Sequence record: NC_041975.1
DNA length: 64,000 nt
Direction: 5' to 3' (one strand)
Both the position numbers and the translations under genes were made by a program. Shown here one piece after another: positions 34,581 through 43,995 of this stretch (positions are counted from its first letter, which is position 1; every line of letters begins with the position of its first letter). A model generated the notes under the pieces. It was not told the DNA's origin, ran no database searches, and saw only the letters and a list, made by a program, of their open reading frames with translations.

Positions 34581-35420
34581 TTATCCCGCGACTACAGTCT
34601 GGTCGGCAGTTAACGCAGAAGGGAAGCTTCGACCTTTACCCCAGATGATACGAATCCCGCCTGTGCCTGGTGTGTAACCAGAACCCATCCCGGCACCCCC
34701 GCCGTATCGCCCACCGGTGCCGCCATTTGCGGCGGTGCCTGCAGACCCGGCCTTACCAAACTGTGTAATTGTACCGCCCGCTCCGGACGTGCTACCGATT
34801 GAGATATCCCCACTGGCACCTTCGCCGTAGAGACCAACACCCCCACCACCGGCGCCATAGCGGTTACCGTTGTAAGACCAACCAGCACCACCGCCACCGC
34901 CACCTCCTTTACCGGCCTGACCATCCACTGTAGGACAGCCACCCATTCCACCATCACCGGAGTAGCCACCTGCGCCACCGCCACCGTTATTGGTGCCGGC
35001 AGTCTGTCCACCCAACCCACCATTGCCACCACCGAGAAGAGGTAGACTAATGGGAGTGCTGGTGCTGGTCGAATCGCCACCCCTGGCTAACAACAAGACC
35101 GTATTACCCCTTAAGAGTTTACTGTCGTTGCCGGTCATGTCACCAACGATCAGGGTCAGAACTTCACCCGGGGTCACTTTCAAACGGTTCACATAACGCA
35201 GATCACCACCACGCGCACCGATATGAGGCGTACCGGTAAGTCCTTTGCCACCCGAGCCAACAGCCACAGCACAGATATCAAACACACCGGCAGGTACCGT
35301 CCAAGAGGTGGTTCCGCCGGTTGCAAATATCTGCTGACCTACCGCAGTGGTATCACTATCCGGTAACGGACCTCCTCCGGATACTGGCCGGTAACTTGAG
35401 TTCAGTAACAGTTCAAACAC
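34581..35420 (-). CDS. Glycine-rich tail-fibre/virion accessory protein
   Basis: MFELLL N-terminus; WTVPAGV..I.AVAVG.GG; GGIRIIWG.GRSFP C-terminus like 22305. Confidence 0.75.
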   Translation of the reverse strand: MFELLLNSSYRPVSGGGPLPDSDTTAVGQQIFATGGTTSWTVPAGVFDICAVAVGSGGKGLTGTPHIGARGGDLRYVNRLKVTPGEVLTLIVGDMTGNDSKLLRGNTVLLLARGGDSTSTSTPISLPLLGGGNGGLGGQTAGTNNGGGGAGGYSGDGGMGGCPTVDGQAGKGGGGGGGAGWSYNGNRYGAGGGGVGLYGEGASGDISIGSTSGAGGTITQFGKAGSAGTAANGGTGGRYGGGAGMGSGYTPGTGGIRIIWGKGRSFPSALTADQTVVAG

Positions 35421-35429
35421 GGTAACTCC

Positions 35430-37553
35430 TTACCAGCTAAATGCTTTATTGGCACGCGGCATAGTCACTTCCATTGGGATATCTTCCGTGACGAGCTCTT
35501 GGCTTTCCAGATCGTCTAGCCACGCTTCCATTCCTGCTGAGAGGAACTGGTGTTCATGTGCACTTTCTTCAAACGATTCCAACCCTACTGCTTCAGCGAT
35601 CTCTTCAACTTCAACGTTCGAACCATAACGGTCCAAGCCCATCAGTGCATCAACCTGAGACTTCGACCAAGCCATGATGTCTTCTGAGCGTGTTGAGATG
35701 TTCGGCATGGCGCCAGTATCCAATACGAAGTTAAAGATATACACTTCGTCTTCCTGACCAATACGGTGCATACGTGAGACAGCCTGCTCGTAGTGGTGGA
35801 AGCGGAAAGGTTTGTTCAACATCAATCCACAGTTCGCTTCAGTCAGGGGTACGGCTTCTGCCAGTGAGCGGAAGGTGGCGATCCCAGGGTTAACGTCTTC
35901 AGAAGCACGGAACGACTTCACCATCTCAACCAGGTCTTTGTTGGTATCGCCGTAAACCACGACGGGCTTATACCCCAGACCCCGACAGATCAACGCCATG
36001 GTTTCCAGCGCGGGCACAAAGTCAGTGAAGATCAGGGTCTTCTTCTTGGCGTTGTCAATGTAGGTGCCGAACGGAATCGCCTCAGCAAGCTCTACGTGAC
36101 ACATGGTGCGTTCTTTACCCAACACCCTACCCAGACACTCCCCTTTGATCTTCAAGTCCACATACTTGATTACAGAGCGGGCATCTTTGAACGGCTTGCG
36201 CATGTGGTCCGGGATCACCGGGATGATGCGCTTGAGTTCGTACTCGTTACAATACTGACTCATGTGGGCCATCGAGTAGGGATCATAGCCCTGGGTAACA
36301 AACGTGTTCACATATTGGTTGTAGAGTTTGAAGTCCTCTTTCTCTTTGGGGGAGTGCAAGGTCTTCTCATACCAGCCCAGTGCATCGTCGTAGATTTTCT
36401 GGTAGGTCGGTTTGTTGTCGGTGTAGAACTTAAACCGCTCTTGAATGAACGCTATCATGATCCGTTGGATGTTATCCAGGGTATAATGCGCACCATTCTT
36501 AATCTTGATCTTCACCGTCATCTCGATCGGCTTGGTGGTCATGAACTTCGACTTCGGTACTGAGAAGCTCACAATCCCCAATCGGTTCGCCAGGATGTCG
36601 TTGGCTTTGGTGGCGGTCTTGCCCCAGATTTTACGCATCGCTAATTCAACATCATTAGTGAAACCGGGGATCAGGGTACGAAACAACGGCACCGCCTCAG
36701 TACCCATCGCGGTCAATGCCGTGCCGGAGGCCCAGACGATATCCTGCGACCCTGAGGCCTGGCAGAGTTCCACAAACAGGTTGGTGCGAATCGACTCTTT
36801 GGTTTTCTGGTTTAAGTTGTGCGACTCATCGAGGATAATCCCGACGTTGGGCAGACGCAGTTCTTTTACCATCTTCACCACTTCATCCAAACGCTCGTAG
36901 TGCGCAACGATCCATTTGGTGCCTTTGCGGTATGGTTGGTCATACTCTGCAACCCAGACCGACTCCTCTGTCGTAAGTTCTGTGGTGATCGTGCGTTCCC
37001 AAACATCGCGGGTGGCTTTCTTGGGGGCAATGACAATCACGTAATCTTTCTTACGACAGAGCATGGTCATGATACTGCAGAGCGTCTTACCAGCACCGGG
37101 TGCGGCAGAGAGTAAAGCACCGCGCAGGCCGTAGCGTGGGATCACGGTGTTGTAGTAGTTCAGCCAGTTACGCTGTTCAGGTAATGGGGTCTTCTTAACG
37201 TACTTCAACTGGTTCAGGTCGATGATATCTTCATACTGCTCCTCGAGGTTGCGCATCCAGGTGTTCTTGCGCAGGAGCTCCAGGATCTTACCCAGACCCC
37301 GACGATCTGACCAGGTCTTATCGTGCTCGTAGAGTTGCTTTAAGATGTACTCGACTTCGATGGCAAAGAAGCTGTTAAAGCTGATCTTGTTCTGGGTTAC
37401 CTCTCGAAAGAGATAGCCAGCAATTTTACTGGTCTTCCAGACCTTGAGGATGTCGCGTGTTGCCAGTGGGGCATTAAAGCCAGTGATGGTAATGATATCG
37501 TTTTTCTCTTCGACGTTAATGAACCCTAACGCCCGACGCAGGTAGTCAAACAT
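35430..37553 (-). CDS. SNF2/SF2-family helicase
   Basis: AAPGAGKT, IILDESHN, SGT, LIFTDF, QAVSRMHRIGQ. Confidence 0.9.
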   Translation of the reverse strand: MFDYLRRALGFINVEEKNDIITITGFNAPLATRDILKVWKTSKIAGYLFREVTQNKISFNSFFAIEVEYILKQLYEHDKTWSDRRGLGKILELLRKNTWMRNLEEQYEDIIDLNQLKYVKKTPLPEQRNWLNYYNTVIPRYGLRGALLSAAPGAGKTLCSIMTMLCRKKDYVIVIAPKKATRDVWERTITTELTTEESVWVAEYDQPYRKGTKWIVAHYERLDEVVKMVKELRLPNVGIILDESHNLNQKTKESIRTNLFVELCQASGSQDIVWASGTALTAMGTEAVPLFRTLIPGFTNDVELAMRKIWGKTATKANDILANRLGIVSFSVPKSKFMTTKPIEMTVKIKIKNGAHYTLDNIQRIMIAFIQERFKFYTDNKPTYQKIYDDALGWYEKTLHSPKEKEDFKLYNQYVNTFVTQGYDPYSMAHMSQYCNEYELKRIIPVIPDHMRKPFKDARSVIKYVDLKIKGECLGRVLGKERTMCHVELAEAIPFGTYIDNAKKKTLIFTDFVPALETMALICRGLGYKPVVVYGDTNKDLVEMVKSFRASEDVNPGIATFRSLAEAVPLTEANCGLMLNKPFRFHHYEQAVSRMHRIGQEDEVYIFNFVLDTGAMPNISTRSEDIMAWSKSQVDALMGLDRYGSNVEVEEIAEAVGLESFEESAHEHQFLSAGMEAWLDDLESQELVTEDIPMEVTMPRANKAFSW

Positions 37554-37632
37554 AAATGCCCCTTAGGAAAGTTAAATCATACTAATGTGATCTATAAAAT
37601 AACGTGCGATATAGAATCTATATTTTTACATA

Positions 37633-37642
37633 CCTACATTAC
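37633..37642 (+). promoter_or_regulatory. Putative early promoter in divergent intergenic region
   Basis: CCTACATTAC-N4-GTGAT. Confidence 0.7.
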
Positions 37643-37650
37643 GGTAGTGA

Positions 37651-37666
37651 TATGTTGTACAACATA
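37651..37666. promoter_or_regulatory. Perfect 16-bp palindrome (operator-like)
   Basis: TATGTTGTACAACATA equals its own reverse complement. Confidence 0.55.
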
Positions 37667-37758
37667 AAACATATTAGTTGGGTATACTAAAGTTTTATTA
37701 GATCCACTACACTTTCGAATAGTGTTTTAGTATACAACCAACAACTTGGAGGTCCACT

Positions 37759-37830
37759 ATGGATCGTTTAATCATTTTCACCGGGGTAATCGTTACATTC
37801 GTCATTAGCATTGCAATGACTGTGACGTAA
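37759..37830 (+). CDS. 23-aa single-TM micropeptide (not in ORF track)
   Basis: GGAGGT RBS; MDRLIIFTGVIVTFVISIAMTVT*. Confidence 0.6.
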   Translation: MDRLIIFTGVIVTFVISIAMTVT

Positions 37831-37846
37831 CACAAAGGAGAGGGTT

Positions 37847-38260
37847 ATGAATCGCCCTACATTGACCGTTCGCGGCATGATCGATGAGCTATTAGCCGCT
37901 GCAAAAGCGCAACACCCAGATATAACTCGACTGGCAATAAAGGTCGCATATATTCAGAATGAAAAAATTAAGTACATTGTGAATATCACCACCGCTACAG
38001 GAGTGATACCATTCACGGATGAAAGTCAGATGGATGTTATGGGAGTTGTCGAGCATGAGGTGGCAAAGATCACCGAACGCGAACGCAATAGACCCAACGT
38101 AGGCGAATTAGACATAGCCAGTAACACCACAATAAACCTGTATACGAAGTTTAGGCGCATCTTTGGGCCTCGACCCATTATCACAGTGAAATTGGGTTAT
38201 CTTGATCCCGTCACCCCTAACGTCAACAGGGTTACCGTGGAATTAGACTACACTTACTAA
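37847..38260 (+). CDS. Hypothetical early protein
   Basis: AGGAG RBS. Confidence 0.7.
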   Translation: MNRPTLTVRGMIDELLAAAKAQHPDITRLAIKVAYIQNEKIKYIVNITTATGVIPFTDESQMDVMGVVEHEVAKITERERNRPNVGELDIASNTTINLYTKFRRIFGPRPIITVKLGYLDPVTPNVNRVTVELDYTY

Positions 38261-38274
38261 AGGGTTTGACAATA

Positions 38275-38850
38275 ATGTTAAACAAAATCATTACTGAGAA
38301 TGTTGGACGCATCTCACTGAAGGTCTGGGATAACTGCGAAGATTATTTGCTTCGCGTTACCCAGGGGATTAAACGTGACATCATGCGGGAAATCAAAACG
38401 CATGGTGGTCGCACGCAATTCCGCGTCACTGTCCGTAACTCACTCGGCTATAACAAGGCCGAGGGGATCTTTCACGATCTGCAAGTGGTGGTCACCTGTC
38501 TGGCCACTTCCAAAGAACTGAAAGAAACCGTGCGCCTGCCCGTCAGCAAAGACAACCCCCTGGCCATTATCCAGGGCACGTTAATGCATGCGGCGATCAA
38601 AGCCAACGCAGTGCGCAGCTATACCTCGATGAACTCACGGGCTGATGAAGTCCGTAAGACACTGAAGAGCAACCTGGATGACATGCTGAAAACGCACTCC
38701 ACGGTCATCTCAGTGCATCAGCACAAATCTGGCCATCCTGAAATTGCTGCGGAATTCATTCAAACTGACGGTCCTTCCATGGCCGCCTTATTTGAGAAAC
38801 TTGCGCAGCACTCCCCATTGGGTGGTCTCTCAACACAACCTTCCATGTAA
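38275..38850 (+). CDS. Hypothetical early protein
   Basis: ORF in operon; start 38266 or 38275. Confidence 0.7.
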   Translation: MLNKIITENVGRISLKVWDNCEDYLLRVTQGIKRDIMREIKTHGGRTQFRVTVRNSLGYNKAEGIFHDLQVVVTCLATSKELKETVRLPVSKDNPLAIIQGTLMHAAIKANAVRSYTSMNSRADEVRKTLKSNLDDMLKTHSTVISVHQHKSGHPEIAAEFIQTDGPSMAALFEKLAQHSPLGGLSTQPSM

Positions 38851-38907
38851 GTTCTCGTAATCGGCTGGGCGGGTGAGTATCACCGCCTGGCTTTCCAGGA
38901 GTCTATT

Positions 38908-39408
38908 ATGAGCACCTTGCTTACAGAACTCCTCTCTGGACCCGCAATTCCTTTCGGGTTGGTAATTGGCATACTCGTTTGGTTATTGCATGTGAAGCTG
39001 TCAAACAAATCACATCGGCATATTTACGATGTGGTCGGTCATCAATTGGTTAATGATATCGAACACCTGTGCCGGGAACTAGCCAGCCCATCAGATCATC
39101 GGCGTTACATCAAAACCGATCTTCCACCACAAGGTGATCAGATTAACTACCTGCGTAAGCACATCGAATCGCACCTTAAAGCGCGTGTAACTAAATACAT
39201 CGATGCTGCTTGTTATAACGACAGGACAGCCCGTAGACCTCGGGCGAAGTTACACGTCAAGGTGGTTAACCTGGCGCATATGGGGCAAGGGCTTGAGATA
39301 AGTTTTAAACTAGGCCGAGGGATCTTCACCGATCACCGTACCTATTTTAAACCATCCACCTATGCCCATGTCAGTCTCTTCTTTAAAGATGAAGTTCTTT
39401 CCAAATAA
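38908..39408 (+). CDS. Membrane-anchored hypothetical protein
   Basis: AGGAG RBS; N-terminal TM. Confidence 0.7.
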   Translation: MSTLLTELLSGPAIPFGLVIGILVWLLHVKLSNKSHRHIYDVVGHQLVNDIEHLCRELASPSDHRRYIKTDLPPQGDQINYLRKHIESHLKARVTKYIDAACYNDRTARRPRAKLHVKVVNLAHMGQGLEISFKLGRGIFTDHRTYFKPSTYAHVSLFFKDEVLSK

Positions 39409-39420
39409 AGGAATCAGTAG

Positions 39421-40737
39421 ATGTCAAGCAAAAAAGCAGCCAAAGTCAATCCAAAGAAACAACACAAACAAGCTGTTGCGCAGCAGACGCAGCAGGTTAA
39501 CGGTGACCTGGAATGGGCCCGTGGTATCTTTAGCCATATCGACAGCTATTTTGTTCAGCAGGTGAATAACCTGGTGCACCGTCGTTATAAAGGCAGCGAC
39601 AACTATCCGAAACATTTCGGTGCCCGTGTTGAGATCAATGAAAAGCACGGTCGCTACGACATCCTGAAATTCCTGAGCTGGGATGAAGCCGGTGTGCTGG
39701 ATGACTTCGGTAACCAGACCGGTGAGTTCGAACTAGGCTATGTGCATTTCCATCGCCTGAAAGAGATCTCGCAGGATGCACACAAAAACAACCGTCCGGT
39801 GGATATCGGCTGGGCGTATGTACCGCACGTTGATTTCGAACACTCCGTTGATGCAGCCATGAAAGCGGCAGCAAAACATGATCACTTCGAAGCGGCGGTG
39901 CGTACACATCTGCAAGGCGCACTGGATGTCTATGCAACACTGGTCGATGAACTCAAAGCTGAATACCAGCCTGAGAACGCAGACGGCCAATACGTTGGCG
40001 TGTGTTTCTATTTCAACCCGGAAACCAACGTATTGGAATACGTGATGCAGAAACACGGCGTAACCGATCTGATCGACGGCAAAGCCTCTGAGCGTGACTT
40101 CCGTGATCTGCCGGCTGGCGCAGAAGTTACTGGTCCAATCGTGGTGGATGGCGATACGGACTTCCGTAACTACAACTCCTGCATGCTGCGTCTGGTCAGT
40201 GAAGTGGCGCGTTGGGAACGTATCAGTAAACCAAACAAAGAGTGCATGGAAACCGCAGCAACGGATCTGGTCGGTCGCATGATCACCAATGCCGAAGCGG
40301 CGTTTGAGAAAGCCAAAGAGAAAGCCGCTGCTGAAGGTATCACAGCAGATCTCTCTCTGCGTTACAATGGTCTGCGTGGTCTGCTGGAAGTGGTCTACAA
40401 AGATGAGCTGGGTAATACCGCGCTGGTTGATATCGGTATGGACGCAGCCGCTGTGCTGTTGATCATGACCCGTATCGAACCGGATCTGCAGATGTACGTC
40501 ACCCCACGTTTCAACAAAGCCTTTGTTGAGCGTTTCGGTTCAGGTGACCAGCACGTCAAAAACGACAACGGTGATGTGATTGCTACCGAAGTCCCGGCGC
40601 GTGGTCTGACTGCTGACTTCCTCGCTTTTGATGAACTCGCTGTCACCGGTCAGGCGTCACCGGTACAGGAGCTGGATGATGCGTTTGATAAAGACGACGA
40701 ACCGGCTGCTGATGAAAACTACGCCCTGAAGGCGTAA
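39421..40737 (+). CDS. Hypothetical protein, probably highly expressed
   Basis: AAGGA RBS; 438 aa; strong host-like codon bias. Confidence 0.8.
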   Translation: MSSKKAAKVNPKKQHKQAVAQQTQQVNGDLEWARGIFSHIDSYFVQQVNNLVHRRYKGSDNYPKHFGARVEINEKHGRYDILKFLSWDEAGVLDDFGNQTGEFELGYVHFHRLKEISQDAHKNNRPVDIGWAYVPHVDFEHSVDAAMKAAAKHDHFEAAVRTHLQGALDVYATLVDELKAEYQPENADGQYVGVCFYFNPETNVLEYVMQKHGVTDLIDGKASERDFRDLPAGAEVTGPIVVDGDTDFRNYNSCMLRLVSEVARWERISKPNKECMETAATDLVGRMITNAEAAFEKAKEKAAAEGITADLSLRYNGLRGLLEVVYKDELGNTALVDIGMDAAAVLLIMTRIEPDLQMYVTPRFNKAFVERFGSGDQHVKNDNGDVIATEVPARGLTADFLAFDELAVTGQASPVQELDDAFDKDDEPAADENYALKA

Positions 40738-40825
40738 GTTCGGTTATGGGGGAGGGCTTAGGCTCTCCCTTTTAACAGTTATCTTTCTTTTTTATTTGAT
40801 TTTTTACAATGCAGATTTTTTCAGA

Positions 40826-40835
40826 CCTATATGAC
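40826..40835 (+). promoter_or_regulatory. Putative early promoter (variant)
   Basis: TGCAGATTTT-N6-CCTATATGAC-N4-GTGAA. Confidence 0.6.
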
Positions 40836-40898
40836 GGAAGTGAATAGAGCCAGTAGTCACTGACTCGACAATCTTAATTCACTTATGGAGTATAGACT

Positions 40899-41336
40899 AT
40901 GAAACTGAATAAACTGCGTTATGTTCTTTCTAAGGGATTCATTTCTCTTTGTGCCGACAACATCGAAGCCATGGGCATGGAAAAAGTTATCCGTATGGCC
41001 GAACGTCGTTACATGTTCGCTAACCCAAAAGCTGACGAAGTCGAAATCGACGAGTCTGATGTTAACCGTGCCCTTAGCATCGCTAAGAACAAAGATGCAC
41101 GCTATGACCGTATTGCTAACCTGTACTCTTGGTTGGCACGTAACATCTCTGGTGTTCGTAACACTGCGGCGTTAAACCGTGATGTAATGAAAAGCCTGTG
41201 GATGAGCTACCGCGGTTATATCACTGCAAACGCTCTGGAAGAACTGTGGGTGGTTACTAAGGTGTATGACAATGGTACTGACCTCGAAGTTGAGTTCAGT
41301 GAAGTTTGTGCCCTGATTGCCAACAGCGAAGTATAA
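40899..41336 (+). CDS. Hypothetical early protein
   Basis: GGAG RBS. Confidence 0.75.
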   Translation: MKLNKLRYVLSKGFISLCADNIEAMGMEKVIRMAERRYMFANPKADEVEIDESDVNRALSIAKNKDARYDRIANLYSWLARNISGVRNTAALNRDVMKSLWMSYRGYITANALEELWVVTKVYDNGTDLEVEFSEVCALIANSEV

Positions 41337-41346
41337 GGAGCACATT

Positions 41347-41832
41347 ATGTCAAACGGGGTAATGTGGATGATGCTAGCGGCCTGTATCGCTATCGGCTTC
41401 AAGATTATCGGTACGGCCTTATCTTCCCCGGCCTCGACCGTTGCAGATCTAAAACGCTGGGCTTCTATTAAGACACCAGATTTCATTGATGCGGCTTTCA
41501 CCGGGGAAACGATGTATTGCATTACTGAGCGTACTGCGAAACGCCATTTGGAACTTTATGGCCCAGACGGTATCGTGGGAATGTACAGTGATGTGTTTGA
41601 TGAACTTAGACAATGTACCACTATGGACGGGTGGTTAATCGACGGTAGGATTGTCGACAATAAAAACGGAGCAGTACAGATCGCCTTGACCATGACCCGC
41701 AACGAAGTGGTTCTCAATAAAGCATACGTTGTCCCATACTTGCAAATCCTGCGAGTCACCGACACGTTCTCTCCTGAGATTCTCCGTCGTTCTGTTCGTG
41801 ATGTTCAGGTTATTAATGCAAATGTTGTTTGA
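41347..41832 (+). CDS. Membrane-anchored hypothetical protein
   Basis: AAGGAG RBS before ATG 41347; N-terminal TM. Confidence 0.75.
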   Translation: MSNGVMWMMLAACIAIGFKIIGTALSSPASTVADLKRWASIKTPDFIDAAFTGETMYCITERTAKRHLELYGPDGIVGMYSDVFDELRQCTTMDGWLIDGRIVDNKNGAVQIALTMTRNEVVLNKAYVVPYLQILRVTDTFSPEILRRSVRDVQVINANVV

Positions 41833-41846
41833 TCCCTCCGAATTTT

Positions 41847-41876
41847 AGGCCAGGTGCAAACCTGGCCTTTATGCCG
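41847..41876 (+). terminator. GNRA hairpin terminator with TTATGCCG tail
   Basis: AGGCCAGGT-gcaa-ACCTGGCCT-TTATGCCG. Confidence 0.85.
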
Positions 41877-42047
41877 GCCTGGGAATGGTACCCGTTATGC
41901 CACTATCAATTAACCAAAATGTAGAAATGGTAGATTGGCCTAACCAAGGGCCAACTACCTAGCCGTCATACTGCGCTGGGGGTTCGATGTAACCCCCAGG
42001 CAACCCTTATCTATTTAACCTAATTTAACACCAGGGAATTTACTAAA

Positions 42048-42212
42048 ATGGCTTTTATCAAATCACTGTTCCACAAAGCGTCTTCTACTACTCCTGTTAA
42101 CATCAGCGTAATCGAAGCACAGCTGGAAGAGACCCAACGTATCCTGAACCGTTTAAACAAACATCAGGCATCAGCCGTCCGTGGCGAACGTACTCGCCAC
42201 AATCACCACTGA
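42048..42212 (+). CDS. 54-aa hypothetical protein (not in ORF track)
   Basis: MAFIKSLFHK...EAQLEETQRILNRLNK...HNHH*; AGGGA upstream. Confidence 0.55.
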   Translation: MAFIKSLFHKASSTTPVNISVIEAQLEETQRILNRLNKHQASAVRGERTRHNHH

Positions 42213-42258
42213 GTGGTGTGCACGAAAGCAAGAAAAGTGTAGTGCAGAAAATCTCACA

Positions 42259-42268
42259 CCTATATAAC
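42259..42268 (+). promoter_or_regulatory. Putative early promoter (variant)
   Basis: TGCAGAAAAT-N6-CCTATATAAC-N4-GTGAT. Confidence 0.65.
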
Positions 42269-42337
42269 CTGGGTGATATACAGCAGTAAATCAATTGCAG
42301 TAACCAACTTAACCTAATTGTCTTGTGAGGTATTATC

Positions 42338-42967
42338 ATGTCAAACGTACTCGAACTGAACACAACTCCTTCTAACCCGGCAATGGCTGAAGCTTTCCGT
42401 AAAGCAGCAACCAAGGATCTCTCGCCGGAACTGGGCGGTGATACCTTACAAGCCGAATTAGCAAACATGGAACGTGCAAAAACTGAGCCTGAATCAAACA
42501 CTGCACGTCTGGCCAAAACCTTAGCGGGCATGACTTCTTCTGTGAAGGACATGAACGAGACGCTGCACGAAGCAGCAGGAGAGAACACCATGCATCACAC
42601 CGATGGCGCTGATAACATGTTCAGCGAAGTAGAAGAAATGATCGAGCCTGAATTCACTGGCAGTCATGGTCGTGTCAAAGCCATGGCGCTGCTGTCAGCG
42701 GGTTCATTGATTGCGACTACTGCTACTGCTGCGTTATTCACACGTAACAGCAAGACTGTCAAGTCAGTCGCGGTAACGGGTCTGTTAACCAGCAGCATGC
42801 TGATCGGCATGGAAGCGATTCAGGCTAAACGTAATCCGACTATGGCGGATCGTCTGGTTATGGGCAAGAAACGTGCGGCCAAGTTACTTGGCGGTGGTCT
42901 GGCAATCGGTGCGGCAACCATGTCAATCGGTTTAACTGTAGGTCGTATCTTTAACTCCGGAGAGTAG
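42338..42967 (+). CDS. Early membrane protein with C-terminal hydrophobic helices
   Basis: GAGGT RBS; three Gly/Ala-rich hydrophobic segments. Confidence 0.75.
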   Translation: MSNVLELNTTPSNPAMAEAFRKAATKDLSPELGGDTLQAELANMERAKTEPESNTARLAKTLAGMTSSVKDMNETLHEAAGENTMHHTDGADNMFSEVEEMIEPEFTGSHGRVKAMALLSAGSLIATTATAALFTRNSKTVKSVAVTGLLTSSMLIGMEAIQAKRNPTMADRLVMGKKRAAKLLGGGLAIGAATMSIGLTVGRIFNSGE

Positions 42968-42968
42968 C

Positions 42969-43349
42969 ATGAGCCAGTTATTCGAGAACATCGATGACGT
43001 CATCGAACCAGTAGTCGATCTGAATGTGGCGAAACGCACCCTGATGTTAGCGTCGGGGGTACGAGCTGTAGCACTGGCAGTAGGTGTCGGTGTCGGCGCT
43101 GCTGCCATGAAGATCAAACCTTCAACTGCGGTGAAAGCCGCAGTGATCCCAGCGGTGATCGAACTCGGTGCAACTTACCTCGGGGTGAGTCGTGCCAGCG
43201 AAGTCGAGATCCTGGATAAAGAAGCAACCGTCAGCAACAAATCACACCTCAACGATGCAGCCGTCAATTTCATTGCCGGTGCCGTTGCCATTGTAGGCGG
43301 TGCAGTGATTGCCCGTGTACTCAAAGGGCCGGAAACGCCGGCTGAATAA
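42969..43349 (+). CDS. Early membrane protein (paralogous to 43626)
   Basis: EP.V...VAKRTLM followed by a TM segment. Confidence 0.75.
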   Translation: MSQLFENIDDVIEPVVDLNVAKRTLMLASGVRAVALAVGVGVGAAAMKIKPSTAVKAAVIPAVIELGATYLGVSRASEVEILDKEATVSNKSHLNDAAVNFIAGAVAIVGGAVIARVLKGPETPAE

Positions 43350-43364
43350 TCCCAGTAAAGGAAC

Positions 43365-43559
43365 ATGACCATGTTTAACAAAACCTGCGAACAGAAAGAG
43401 CCAGCTTGTGAAGTCACCATCAATCTTAACGTACAGATCGTAGGCATGGCCGTGGGTTGTGTTCTTGCGCAGAGTGAGAACACCATGGTCAAAGCCGGTG
43501 GCGTGGGCTTGGTAGCCGCGTCCTTCCTGGGCATGATTAAGAAACTGTCTAAACTGTAA
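43365..43559 (+). CDS. Small membrane protein
   Basis: AAGGA RBS; two short hydrophobic segments. Confidence 0.65.
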   Translation: MTMFNKTCEQKEPACEVTINLNVQIVGMAVGCVLAQSENTMVKAGGVGLVAASFLGMIKKLSKL

Positions 43560-43625
43560 TTCCTTGTAGTAACCAAACCCAATCAAACTCACTGTAATTA
43601 ACCTAACTGTAAAAGAGAGAATATC

Positions 43626-43925
43626 ATGGAAAACATCAACGCATCTGCAATCAACGAAACTGCTAAAACCGCTGGCGCTACTGTTGAAGGTATCGTAAAA
43701 GAAACCATGTTCGCGAAAGTGGCAGACGCTGTCGAACCAACTGTTGCGAAGAAGATCGCCAAACGCACCCTGATGGCAGGTGGCGTGTTAGCGCTCTGCG
43801 GTCTGGGTTACTTCGGCTACCGTGCGCTGAAGAAAACCAAAGCAGTCGTAATCATCACCGAAGGCGATGCAGCTAACGAAACCACCACTGACACCACCGT
43901 GGTAGCAGACGACACTGCTGCGTAA
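43626..43925 (+). CDS. Early single-TM protein
   Basis: EPTVAKKIAKRTLM followed by a TM segment; acidic tail. Confidence 0.75.
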   Translation: MENINASAINETAKTAGATVEGIVKETMFAKVADAVEPTVAKKIAKRTLMAGGVLALCGLGYFGYRALKKTKAVVIITEGDAANETTTDTTVVADDTAA

Positions 43926-43995
43926 TTTTGTGAGGGCTAGGATATCCTAGCCCTTTCCTTTCTCACTCTTTTTTTTTGTTAAAGTAGGGACGACC

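Noticed and set aside
34610-35080. 156-aa + strand ORF
   Set aside because: Shadow of the Gly-rich minus-strand gene; no RBS, and it lies inside a convergent terminator context.
41976-41999. tRNA gene suggested by GGTTCGA
   Set aside because: No acceptor stem, D arm, anticodon arm or CCA; it is a simple hairpin.
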